Shown in pieces: positions 1-12,166 of a stretch of 64,000 bases of DNA. Under the pieces are notes generated by a model, which saw only the letters and a program-made list of their open reading frames with translations, was not told the DNA's origin and ran no database searches. This DNA comes from Albugo candida. Its lineage: Eukaryota. Position 1 is the first letter of the stretch, and every line of letters starts with the position of its first letter. Where the stretch lies: NCBI GenBank assembly GCA_040437565.1, contig JBDOQK010000004.1, forward strand, positions 434,001 through 498,000, in the 5' to 3' direction. The position numbers and the translations under genes are program-made.

Positions 1-1
1 A

Positions 2-1753
2 ACGATTTACGTAAGTGGATGGCAATCGTCATCAACAGCTTCGACGTCGAATGAACCAGGACCCGATGTGGCAGATTATCCAATGGATACTGTCCCGAAT
101 AAAGTAGATCAACTCTTTCGGGCGCAACAATTTCATGATCGTAAACAATATGAAATGAGAAGACGCTTAACAGATAGAGATCGTGCAGAAAACCCACCAG
201 TGGACTATCTTCGCCCGATTATTGCTGACGCGGATACCGGCCATGGTGGCCTGACTGCGGTTATGAAGCTAACTAAGATGTTCATTGAGCGTGGAGCCGC
301 TGGCATACATATCGAAGATCAAAAACCAGGAACGAAAAAGTGTGGTCACATGGGTGGCAAAGTCCTGGTTTCTACCCAAGAACATATTCAGCGCTTGGTC
401 GCCGCTAGACTTCTAGCTGACACACTCAAATCGCCGCTGGTCATTATCGCGCGAACTGACGCAGAAGCTTCAACATTACTAGATAACAATATTGACGGTC
501 GTGATCATCCCTTCATTATCGGAGCAACAAACATNNNNNNNNNNNNNNNNNNNNNNNNNNNNNNNNNNNNNNNNNNNNNNNNNNNNNNNNNNNNNNNNNN
601 NNNNNNNNNNNNNNNNNNNNNNNNNNNNNNNNNNCGTGCAGAAAACCCACCAGTGGACTATCTTCGCCCGATTATTGCTGACGCGGATACCGGCCATGGT
701 GGCCTGACTGCGGTTATGAAGCTAACTAAGATGTTCATTGAGCGTGGAGCCGCTGGCATACATATCGAAGATCAAAAACCAGGAACGAAAAAGTGTGGTC
801 ACATGGGTGGCAAAGTCCTGGTTTCTACCCAAGAACATATTCAGCGCTTGGTCGCCGCTAGACTTCTAGCTGACACACTCAAATCGCCGCTGGTCATTAT
901 CGCGCGAACTGACGCAGAAGCTTCAACATTACTAGATAACAATATTGACGGTCGTGATCATCCCTTCATTATCGGAGCAACAAACATGGAGACGGAGTCC
1001 TATGTCGAGGCTTCAAAGCGTGGTACAACTGAAGACTGGGATATCCGTGCCCGAGCTATGACTTACCCGGAAGCTGTACAATTTGCAATTGAGAAATCAA
1101 ATCATCCTGACAAGACAAAACAACTTGATACTTGGATCAGCAAGTATCCAGAAATGAATATATCTCAGATGAAAGCATATGCACTTGCAATGGGTCTCAA
1201 AATCATTTTTTGTTGGGAACGTGCTCGTACTGTCGAGGGCTACTATCGTATCAGGGGTGGCGTTGAGTACTGTATTGCGCGAGCAAGAGCGTACGGGGCA
1301 TACGCTGACGTTATTTGGATGGAGACAGCAAAGCCCGGGATGTCTCAAGCGAGACGATTTGCAGAGGGTGTTAAATCCAAACTTCCTCATCAAATGTTGG
1401 CATACAATCTATCCCCTTCTTTCAACTGGAATGCGGCTGGAATGAGCGATCGTGAAATTGAAAGTTTTGTTGATGACTTGGGCAAACTCGGTTTCTGTTG
1501 GCAATTTATCACGCTAGCAGGTTTTCATTGCGATTCACTTGCGATTACCCGATTTGCACGCGATTATCACCAAAGAAAGATGTTAGCGTATGTGGAAGGG
1601 ATCCAACGAGCCGAACGAGATGAACAGGTCGAAACCTTGAAACATCAAGCATGGTCAGGAACGGAGCTGGTCGACTCGATGCAAAATATCGTTACTGGTG
1701 GACTATCCTCGACTAAAACGATGGGTAGTGGTGTGACAGAATCGCAGTTCTGA
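2..1753 (+). CDS. ICL1: Isocitrate lyase (5'-partial; internal repeat across the N-gap is an assembly artefact)
   Basis: Frame is open from the window start ([22 protein letters not shown]). Motifs [12 protein letters not shown], catalytic KKCGH, WMETAKP and [10 protein letters not shown]. 182-534 is identical to 635-987. Confidence 0.97.
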   Translation, partial: TIYVSGWQSSSTASTSNEPGPDVADYPMDTVPNKVDQLFRAQQFHDRKQYEMRRRLTDRDRAENPPVDYLRPIIADADTGHGGLTAVMKLTKMFIERGAAGIHIEDQKPGTKKCGHMGGKVLVSTQEHIQRLVAARLLADTLKSPLVIIARTDAEASTLLDNNIDGRDHPFIIGATNXXXXXXXXXXXXXXXXXXXXXXXXXXXXXXXXXXRAENPPVDYLRPIIADADTGHGGLTAVMKLTKMFIERGAAGIHIEDQKPGTKKCGHMGGKVLVSTQEHIQRLVAARLLADTLKSPLVIIARTDAEASTLLDNNIDGRDHPFIIGATNMETESYVEASKRGTTEDWDIRARAMTYPEAVQFAIEKSNHPDKTKQLDTWISKYPEMNISQMKAYALAMGLKIIFCWERARTVEGYYRIRGGVEYCIARARAYGAYADVIWMETAKPGMSQARRFAEGVKSKLPHQMLAYNLSPSFNWNAAGMSDREIESFVDDLGKLGFCWQFITLAGFHCDSLAITRFARDYHQRKMLAYVEGIQRAERDEQVETLKHQAWSGTELVDSMQNIVTGGLSSTKTMGSGVTESQF

Positions 1754-4700
1754 ACAAGCTTAGCTGTGGTAGCACATAATGAAAGCAGCAATCTTATTCC
1801 CTTGCGTTTCTTGCTTCATTTCTCTCAAACGCTTTTCCGATTTCCATTCTCACCAGCGTGCGATGTCAATTTTGTTGCCAAGTTATCTGACAGAAACTTC
1901 GATCAATATGTTAGAACTCAGGGGCTCACTTTGCAGGCATCAATGCATAAGTCATTTGTGTGGATTTGGGAACATACGACTCTCCTATGCTGCCACTTGT
2001 GTGATATTTGTCGCCACAATCGATCTCACGCACTGAATATTGAATACTGATGTGAACCCTTCGCGTCAAGTAAAAGAATAAAGTTTCGATGCATCTTATA
2101 CCCTCGCTCTGCCAGCAACGTATTCCATCTCATGCACAAAGGTCCACCTGATGCAGCCACAACGAGCCTAAATGGTGTTTAAGAGAGGAGTTTAACAAGA
2201 CATCGGATGACTCTCACCGCCCATGGAATCTCTCTTTATTGACAAGAACCTTACTTCTGCCAGCATTCTGCTGCGTTGACAAAGAAAAAAAAGTCCAATA
2301 TATCGGTACAATGTGCGATAAAATGACGTCTACACCTTCATTCTTCTCCACTTACTTCTGCTCCATGCATGGTCAAGAAAATAAGGTAAACTGTGCACTG
2401 ATATCGAAGCATACGACTATTTGCTTTGGAGAATCGATATCCTATTTTGTGGTCAACTAAGGCCTTTACCCAATTTCGAAAGAAGCATGTTGCTTCCAGC
2501 AATACCAATTGTGTGCAATTTTACGTTTGTCACTTTTCCCACCAACTATAAATGCACAACGTGTTCCCTTATGATTGCTATATAGATGCACGAACTGCCA
2601 CTTTCGCAGCATGTGCAATGTAGTGAGCGCCAAGCAGAAGGATATGGAAAAAAAGAACATGTCGTAAGCGTTGAATTTACCAGCATCCCTTTACAATAAA
2701 CTTGCCAGACTTCAAGATGTTAATTTCTGATGATTTGATTTTTGAAACAGGAGAAGCAGTGTCGTAATGCACCTGTACTTGAATTCTCATAATCAGAGTA
2801 AGCAAAAACTTGGATAGGCAATTTCGTTTGCCTATCTTTCATTTTCGATGTCTTGATACAAAATAGTCTGGAAGCTATAACTGGCATTCCTATTACGCTG
2901 GACGTGTTATTCTTTGTAGTATTGAAGTGGACCTAAAAAGTTTCCGTTTGGTTAGCTACATAGACTTGAAGATGAACAACCACTAGACCTCAGTAGCGTA
3001 CTGCTCGATACAATGGTGGAGTCTTTCTCGAAATATTTCCTGCAATAATGGTACAACATGTCCCAGACTTGACAAAAGTTTAGACAACACTGCTTCCGCA
3101 GGCTTGATTTTACTTTTTGTAGAAATATTGCATCACTAACTGGATAGGACCGTATCCGACTAAGAAGTGATAACGCTCTGGATCTAGCGTAGAGATCTTC
3201 AGCAAAATAGACTAGCTATTCCCACGATGCCGTTGCCTAAATGACATGGAATGATACACTACACGTTCTATTGAGGTTGATAATGTGCAATTTCTGCAGA
3301 ATAGTACGTTATGTTCATTTCGCAAACTTTCTGTGCAAATTTGTCGCTGCGAGGGGCTTGAAGTGCAAGGAATTTAATGGAGGATATGAAAGAGACATTG
3401 ACGGCTTCTAATTCATTAGTAGCACACTGATGCTACAAAGCCCGATAATTGGTTGTTGATATTGATGCTGACTGTGGCTGCTTGGATGAATGCGCATGGT
3501 GCTTATTTGTCAATTGTGAAAATTTGATCCTAAGCCATTTATTTTGCTATCGCTCTATAACAAGCATTATTCCATTTTCCTGAATATTCTATAACCAGCG
3601 AATTCATGGCTAGCTGTAGCGAGATTGTTCAGCTAGATCAGACACAATTGGTCCGATTTCAGCATCAACATTTTAATTACTACATAATAGAAAGCTTGGC
3701 ACGATGTGTTGTATTGCGTATTCCGCGAAGAGTTGCGCAACTATTTCATTGTGCTCATTTCCCAATTGTTCTGCGTTTGCATCGATGGCACGTGTATACA
3801 CTCAAAAGATTGTTTTCGTGATGACAAGGAAAGTATGCACAGTCATAATCCTTTGTAGGTTTCAAGAAGAATGCATTATAATGCTGTTTGATGATTCAGT
3901 AAGCAAATCTTATAACGAAGAAATCTGATAGGGACACTTTGGTCGACAAATCGACTTAAAGTAGCAAAAGCTACTGCATGAAATATTTGATTATCACTTG
4001 GTGCTACAGTATAAGGCTGTACGACACATGTGTCTTAGTCATTAGATTTAGGTCATTGAGAACTCGACAAATGTACAATAAGAAAGTTATGATTGATTTA
4101 TGATATACAGAGATACGAAAACTGGAGTATTTGTTGTATTCATAATCGGAAGAAGGCTACATATAATTTTCCTGTGGGAATGGAAGCATCTAATCAAGAG
4201 TGAATAACGCAAGAACACATGTTCAACTTGTTACAGTGTTAATTCCACCGGAAAAAGGTGTTCATGTGCGCCTTCGTGGCCTCTGAACAGAAGTACATCG
4301 AAGAAATTGTCTAAGATAACTATTCATGTTGAACAGAGGCATGATCCGAGGCCACTTTTTCATGTCAGTTTATGATCTCGATATCTCGCAAATTGCTTTT
4401 ACTTTGACGATCGAGTCTGTAAAACCTATTATGAGAAGAAGAGAACAAGATGATAATAGAATTTGGATCATCGGATCTGTCATCATTAGTACGAGGCTCA
4501 TAATCGCGCGGTATTTAAATTTTTTTTTGCGACGTGAACTTCACTTACAAGCCAGCACGATGGATGACTCTTGAATCAATTGATACTAATCAAATAAGCT
4601 CTGCTGTGTGAATGACCAGTAATTGCGTAATCAAGTCACAAGCAAATGAAATGAGAGGAACCTCAATAATAATTACTAAGTGACTTCACATTTAACTTTA

Positions 4701-5769
4701 TCTGTTGCCATACAAATGTATGTACATACGCTTTGGAAGCAATTCTAGCTGATCGGAAAGCTGTGTTTCCGTTTGGTAGCAGGCTAGTGCAATTATGATG
4801 GGCTCTCTTATGTGGATGGGCCTTATTGCGGATCATTCTGCACAGAGACATGATTGTCATATCGCCTCATGCCGATTCGGTGTAATGAGTAGATACATCT
4901 TCTTACTATAACGACAGTCGGCTATACATGGATCATTGTATATCTAGCTACGAGGACCTCTTTTAAAGCCACGGCGTCATACGGCCTTCAGGATTGCATA
5001 CAACGATTACAATGGTACTAGATGTCTGGTATCCGAAAGAGATAGTCATGCAATAGAGCAAATACCAATTCCGAATAGATTCAACATCAAAAAGTGATCA
5101 ATTCATTATGTATGGCTTGCAGAAAAATTCTTCCAGAGGAAGTCCAACAACTCATTTCGCCGTTTACCGGAGTTTGTAAAACGCATTGAAGAGAAGTAGA
5201 TAGATATCGCGACTAACATAAATTGAAGAAAATACCCTTGAAAAGGTACATGGCAATAATCAAGCAGAAAGAAGCTCACGTTGGTTGAAATCGTCACAAT
5301 CCAGCAAAAAGCTCTTATAGCGGACGAGAATTTTGAACTATAATCGTCTAGGGACCTCGAAGCTGAAATATTCAGCGGGAAATACTTGATTCGATGATGG
5401 AAAGTTGGCTCGAGAAATTAAGACGGCAGTGAAGTCTTGATATTCGATAATGCCCGCGATGATTCTCCAGAATGACAGCGGCTGTGAATATTCGAACGAG
5501 TATCTTCTCAAACGATTAAATGAAATCGGGTTGAGTAAAATCATCAACTCAGGTGTTTCGCTGAAAATTCAGAGTATACCGCCAAGCTGAAGTAGCAATA
5601 CAGTTGTGGACTAACTACGAGGACTTGTTTCGAAGCTGATTATATGTTTTTCAAATGCACACAAATTGTACCCTCCATACAAACAGCATAGGAGGACAGT
5701 AGCCGCTAGAAAACATCAGAATCGACAGATCGGATAATGAGTACAAACATAAATAGCCTTGATAATTCA

Positions 5770-6170
5770 TGTCGTCTGGTGCACAAAATCACGATGTTTG
5801 CTTACTATTTCCTTATTGCAAAAGCCATTACTGTTGGACTATCCACCATGAAAGCAGAATCCACGTCGGATATTCCAGCGGGAAAGGATTATTGGGGCTG
5901 CGTGAGCTACTGATCAAATTGGATTGCAACGTAGCAGTATTACCGATGACGATGAAGATGGAGATTCAAGCGACCTTCATCACTTGAAAATCAAGCATCA
6001 CTCGACGCATGCGAAGCATGTTGACATTAGGCTGAAAACACATTCAGTATTATGACAAGAAAGGTATCGCAACCTAGCTACGTCCCAACCGAAGCGTTGG
6101 CAGCTGACCTGCTCGCGAAAGCTTCAACACTGTTCGGCTGCGAGACTTGTAGATATTGTACTCTTTGGAT
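5770..6170 (+). mobile_element. Decayed Ty1/copia RNase H remnant
   Basis: Frameshifted motifs STMKAE, GKGLLGLRELL, PMTMKM, AKHVDIRLK and ALAADLLAKA. Confidence 0.7.
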
Positions 6171-8948
6171 CAAGTCATGGTAAGAAGTAAAACGGAAACG
6201 TTGTGACAGGCGATGGATGCATCGTCGAGGAATGTCGGTTCAAAGTAGACTTTCAAGTCTCTTACGCGTCACATTACGTCACAAGGCTTGGGATATTTAT
6301 GTGTACGAGGAAATGTCCATTATGTATAGGATGACCGGCTCATAAATGCTGATGATTTGGCCCTGCACGTCTTCCTAGCCGTTAAGCGATATTGTTGAGT
6401 TGTCCAGCTCTCGTACCCCTTATCAGACAAGCAACCTTCATCGTAGTCTCAAACAAGATACTCGTGCACAAGGATTAAGCTATATGACGCCTCTGAGACA
6501 TTCCGAAGTCGCTTTGAGGATTTCCTTGGGAAAAGTTGGTCATGGACTTCATTGCCAACTATCGCTTTAGCGGAAAGTTTCCGGAGTCTTCTACTCCCAT
6601 TTTTAATTTCTCTTCTATCTGTGGAAGCTACCGACTAACGCACTCGATTACTGTGTTTAAAGCGGTAGTACCAGTCAGCTTCGACACTGCCAAATGTACC
6701 AAATCTTGGATCTTGCGTCGAATGGTACGTATGACAGTCATGCTGCGTGTCGATGTGATATATAGTCATACTGGGATTACAAGGCTGCTTGCAGTATATA
6801 AATTTCTTCATGGCTAATGCATTAGTACTCCCAGATCGTGATAGTTACCTTCTGATGGTAGAGAACAAACATAATTTTCCAAGCTCGGACTTTTCTGTGT
6901 GGCTTGAGCTTTCTATCTAATAGCAGATGGTAAATTGTTGCTATTCTTTCGCCACTTCTGATAAACGATTACAGCAGAAGCTGGATTTTCGGCCTAGTCA
7001 ACATCATCATTTAATTTTTCTGAGCTTCACATCCTCATTTATTTTCCTGTCCAAAAAAATTGCTTTATAACGTACTATTACCTAATAGATGTGTTGCGTT
7101 AATTGAAGCCTTTTTGGTTGTTCTTTGTAATCCTGTTGTCATAGTAGTAGCAGCAGCGATGCAGGCTGTTGTCGCTTTTTTGTCGGGAAACTATACAAAT
7201 AGCCAGTTTTGCCAAGCTTTAGCTGCTGATGCATGGAAAAAGCTTTGTCAAAAAGCAACCTTCTTTGCTGGAGCCGCAGATGTTGCTATACAAAGTCACG
7301 ACATCAACTGCCGTCAAATTTACCCAAATTTGCAAAACGAACGCAAGAACATTTGAATACTATCTTCCAAACTTTTATCGATTCCGCGCTCAATCATTAA
7401 AAAAAAGGCGCAACCTAAATGAATGCTCTCGATGGTGATCAGGGACTTCTATTTACATAGGTACAAAATCTGGAGACCATATCAAGTGCTTTACTCCTCT
7501 TTTTATGGTATTGTGGTCCATATTTGATTTCGAACGCAATGACTCGCTCGCAGCCTAACTGCTGTTAGTTCACTTCTGAGAAAACGTCGCGTGGAGGAGA
7601 ATGGCCTGAGTCCCGCATCGCTTACTTTGCGTAAAACACTCTATTTCACCGCAGACCACCGGCCTGAAAACATTGCAAAACATCGTGCTTGATCAACCCT
7701 GGGTATGGCATAGATTTAGCACACAACTTGAGGCACACGGTGTGCTGAGTGGATGTATTTAAGTATTATACAGCGTCTGCCAATTCAGCACGAGAACGAG
7801 ATTTTCATCGTCCAGAAATTGGGTTCCATTCAAGCACTCGTTGCCGCTGTATCGGCTCTTTACAAGGGCAAATAAAATTGCTGTGCAAATTGTTGGCAGT
7901 AACACTAAACTCCTCAATACATTATCTGTCTGCGAGTGTGGCTTTTTTCCATTCGTTGAGCAATTTAATCCAGTGCTTCTCGGACTAGAACAATGCTTCG
8001 CAGCGATTCTAAGATCGCACGCAATGAAGAGATATCATATAATTTTGGTAATGATTGGGTACTTGTCGATGGTTACACCATACACGGTATTTCGTTTTAC
8101 TTTCGAAGCACCATCCCTTTACTGAACATAGTCATGATGCACGAAGGATAACACCATTCGCGGCTCTTACTATAACTCGATGATACGGATACATTCCACG
8201 ATTAAATACCAACTCACCCAATCCACTCAGATCGCCTTTTCCTTATATTGTATCTCAATTCTTCGCTGACTTTGGCAAAATACTACACTCATTAAACTTA
8301 AGTGATTATATTCACTTCAACATCTCTGTAGATAGTCCGCAGGATGAGCGTATCACCTCTAAGTATACATCTCTCAAGATGCAGCATACTCCTTACAGAA
8401 AAAGTGCACTCAATGCCACGTGAGTCTAATAACACCTATCCCGAAGGGTTCGACACAAGTCACATATGAGATGTTCTAACCATTGTTTTGCTCCCTTTTC
8501 TTAATTGTGAGCCTCTGGCTTCTTGCCGTGTGTTTTGCTTAAACACAGCATGAACGCACCAAACGCACGGTAGGATGGCTGCTAGATAACAGCGAAAACT
8601 CGCACTTTCCAAGTTTAAGGTAATGATAGACGTTTTCTTTAGTTTTGCAAGCCAAACAGATCGCTGCATTGTTTGATCAAGCATGCGTCCTGTACCGGGC
8701 CAGAATTAGCTTTTATAAGCTGTTTTGCTTGAATGCATCAAACAGCTGCATGATCGGTTATTAATAAGAACGAACCAATGAGAGGTCTTATGAAACCGGT
8801 TTGATGCGGAAAAATGCCAAGTACCGAGCCTTTACGCTGAATACAGGTCATCGTACAAGCTAATCCGAGACATATGATTCAGCCAAGACCGTTATGACGG
8901 GGCTGAAGCGGTTATACGATATTATACGGTCGGTATAGAGATTTTACA

Positions 8949-8965
8949 TCACTTGCAATTTTTCC
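8949..8965 (+). promoter_or_regulatory. Oomycete Inr/FPR-like core promoter element
   Basis: TCACTTGCAATTTTTCC lies just upstream of the ATG at 8972 and resembles the oomycete TCAYTY...CAWTTT consensus. Confidence 0.55.
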
Positions 8966-8971
8966 TCTCAA

Positions 8972-9901
8972 ATGCTTGTCGCAAGCGGTATCTCCTTAGC
9001 TTTTCTAAACTCGATAATCAACGCTCTATGTGATCCGTTGCGCAAATATTTGACAAACTATTTGAATCCCTTTGCTATCGTGGCTAAACGTGGGATGATT
9101 CAAGCTCCTGTGTTTTGTTTATGGGCGTTATACGACTGCGATTTCATACTGCCAAGATTAAACAATGTATTTTGGACGTCTGTCTGCATCAGTGGACTTA
9201 TAAATGTTGCTACGAGCTACTTGTACAACCGCAGCATCCAAATCTCGACCATATCCGCAACAGTTCCGTACCTATCATTCACACCGGGTTTCTTGGTCAT
9301 TCTAGCGTTTCTCGTGCTTGGAGAAATACCGTCATCTGTTGGTGTCATTGGAATTTTATTTGCAGCTATGGGTGGGATGTGGCTGCAAGGAGGCTGCAAA
9401 GCGGAAAGCACGCTAGCTGACAAGAAAATAGACGAAAGCAAAGGAGCCACCTACATGACTCTAGTAGCATTTTTGTGGAGTGTCACAAATGTTTTCGATA
9501 AGATTGGGGTTCAGCACTCGACACCGGTTGTGTATGGTGCAGCCATTCAGGTTGTTGTGACAACATTGAGTTTTATCCTCAGCCGTTTGCTGCCCACGGA
9601 GAGCTTTGATCATGCGATTTACGCTCCATTAGGTGAGAAAAAGCCAAAAACACCTTGGGGTATGGTTATACTGGCAGGTCTCACCAGTGTGATTTCATAT
9701 TATGTCAATTTGCTAGCAACCCAACAACTGGAAGTCTCTTACGTGATCGCAATTAAACGGTCTGGATGCATATGGAGTGCCTTATTAGGAAAATATCTCT
9801 TTCACGAACCTAATTTTTGCAGGAAGATGCCAAGCATTTCGCTCATGTTCGTAGGTGTTGTCTGCATTATTCTCAGCAATAATATGCCACCAGCTACGTA
9901 A
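8972..9901 (+). CDS. EamA/DMT-superfamily transporter
   Basis: 309 aa with about 10 hydrophobic segments in two repeats; motifs PYLSFTP...LGE and VSYVIAIKRSG...LFHE. Confidence 0.88.
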   Translation: MLVASGISLAFLNSIINALCDPLRKYLTNYLNPFAIVAKRGMIQAPVFCLWALYDCDFILPRLNNVFWTSVCISGLINVATSYLYNRSIQISTISATVPYLSFTPGFLVILAFLVLGEIPSSVGVIGILFAAMGGMWLQGGCKAESTLADKKIDESKGATYMTLVAFLWSVTNVFDKIGVQHSTPVVYGAAIQVVVTTLSFILSRLLPTESFDHAIYAPLGEKKPKTPWGMVILAGLTSVISYYVNLLATQQLEVSYVIAIKRSGCIWSALLGKYLFHEPNFCRKMPSISLMFVGVVCIILSNNMPPAT

Positions 9902-9998
9902 TACATTTCTAAATCTATATCTATCTACCACGAGCCCCTCGTTCCTTGCCTGTTCACACTGTCTCGTTTTATTTGATGTTGAGCGCACGTCAGATAGT

Positions 9999-10518
9999 TC
10001 AATCTTGCTTTTGGAAAAAAATGTCGTTTTTTGAGGCAGTTTGTTCTGCTTGATCCAACCAAACTTCAGACTGCTTGATATCGTTTTGAATGGTAGCAAT
10101 AAGGCTATCTAGAGATGGAAAGTTCAACTCAGGTCGTAAATATCCACAAATAAGAAGTTTCACGGTTGCGCCATAAAAGTCTTTCTCAAAGTGATGGAGA
10201 AGATGGGGCTCAACTGTTTTGACCTTCATATACAACCAATTTTATTAGTTTTCAGAAAAGTGCCACAAGCGTTTGACGTACTTCATTTTTAAAATAAGGA
10301 TTCCATCCAATGCTTGCGACCGCTTTGTAGGGTCCTTGATCATTCACTGTTGCCCAACCACAATAAATCCCAGTGGGAAGCTGCTCAAGCTTTTCCCCCA
10401 AATCCTCACGACACAAATTTGCGGTAGGACATCCCAGCTGTTTTCCACCTCGGCCAAAACCTTCCACAACCTTCGCCTGAAGATAAATCAAGTCTTTCAA
10501 TCCTTGGATTCCGCTCAT
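9999..10518 (-). CDS. RFK: Riboflavin kinase (2 exons: 10518-10282, 10223-9999)
   Basis: VVEGFGRGGKQLGCPTANL, GIYCGWA, SIGWNPYF, E-P-H and GYLRPELNF. A 58-nt GTACGT..AG intron joins the exons in frame. Confidence 0.95.
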
Positions 10519-12166
10519 TAGCCAAAGTGTCGGCACTCGTACTTAAGAAGCATTCTACAGTTTTTACAGTTGAATGTTGGTCATAGAATAGCGAGAACAT
10601 TCGCGATCGGATGGCAGCTCCAACATCTTTGATGCTGAACGCGGTACCAAAGCAGCAACAGGATAATCACATAGTGCAAAACGGGCGACAGAATAATCCC
10701 TTTGTTTCGCAACAATACATCGGAACTGAAGATTGTAATACGGAGACTGACGGCCAAGCAGCGTCATCACGTGATGCGCCTCGGAATGGTCCGATGCAAA
10801 ATAGAAGAAAAGTTTACCGGCCAATACAAACGAACGATCGTAAAAAACCTGCTCAAGCTTTCGAACAGTCCGATAGCACAAGTGGTAACGGGAGGTCGAA
10901 GAAAACGAAGAAGCCACCGTTGAAGCCGAAGCGGCAACAAAACCAAGTCGACGACGGTACAAAGGGCACTACTAACGCACAAAGATCTATTAAAGCATCA
11001 ACAGTAGAAGAACGGGCAAAAGCGAGAGAGTATTGTGTTGTATGCANNNNNNNNNNNNNNNNNNNNNNNNNNNNNNNNNNNNNNNNNNNNNNNNNNNNNN
11101 NNNNNNNNNNNNNNNNNNNNNNNNNNNNNNNNNNNNNNNNNNNNNNTTTTTTGAGGCAGTTTGTTCTGCTTGATCCAACCAAACTTCAGACTGCTTGATA
11201 TCGTTTTGAATGGTAGCAATAAGGCTATCTAGAGATGGAAAGTTCAACTCAGGTCGTAAATATCCACAAATAAGAAGTTTCACGGTTGCGCCATAAAAGT
11301 CTTTCTCAAAGTGATGGAGAAGATGGGGCTCAACTGTTTTGACCTTCATATACAACCAATTTTATTAGTTTTCAGAAAAGTGCCACAAGCGTTTGACGTA
11401 CTTCATTTTTAAAATAAGGATTCCATCCAATGCTTGCGACCGCTTTGTAGGGTCCTTGATCATTCACTGTTGCCCAACCACAATAAATCCCAGTGGGAAG
11501 CTGCTCAAGCTTTTCCCCCAAATCCTCACGACACAAATTTGCGGTAGGACATCCCAGCTGTTTTCCACCTCGGCCAAAACCTTCCACAACCTTCGCCTGA
11601 AGATAAATCAAGTCTTTCAATCCTTGGATTCCGCTCATTAGCCAAAGTGTCGGCACTCGTACTTAAGAAGCATTCTACAGTTTTTACAGTTGAATGTTGG
11701 TCATAGAATAGCGAGAACATTCGCGATCGGATGGCAGCTCCAACATCTTTGATGCTGAACGCGGTACCAAAGCAGCAACAGGATAATCACATAGTGCAAA
11801 ACGGGCGACAGAATAATCCCTTTGTTTCGCAACAATACATCGGAACTGAAGATTGTAATACGGAGACTGACGGCCAAGCAGCGTCATCACGTGATGCGCC
11901 TCGGAATGGTCCGATGCAAAATAGAAGAAAAGTTTACCGGCCAATACAAACGAACGATCGTAAAAAACCTGCTCAAGCTTTCGAACAGTCCGATAGCACA
12001 AGTGGTAACGGGAGGTCGAAGAAAACGAAGAAGCCACCGTTGAAGCCGAAGCGGCAACAAAACCAAGTCGACGACGGTACAAAGGGCACTACTAACGCAC
12101 AAAGATCTATTAAAGCATCAACAGTAGAAGAACGGGCAAAAGCGAGAGAGTATTGTGTTGTATGCA
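10027..12166. repeat. Artefactual tandem duplication across an N-gap (10027-11046 = 11147-12166)
   Basis: Identical sequence on both sides of the 100-N gap; it produces a false second RFK copy and a false second ZNF598 5' end. Confidence 0.9.

Noticed and set aside
182-987. Apparent duplicated catalytic domain in isocitrate lyase
   Set aside because: Identical copies flank a 100-N gap, indicating a contig overlap.
1800-5700. Many short ORFs in the first island
   Set aside because: No recognisable motifs or consistent frame; cannot support genes.
6500-7440. Possible LINE ORF1 or other relic on the minus strand
   Set aside because: Too degenerate to assign.
7592-7665. tRNA-like sequence on the minus strand (TGGTCTGCGG...CTCCTCCA)
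   Set aside because: The B-box is absent and the cloverleaf does not close; at most a very decayed relic.
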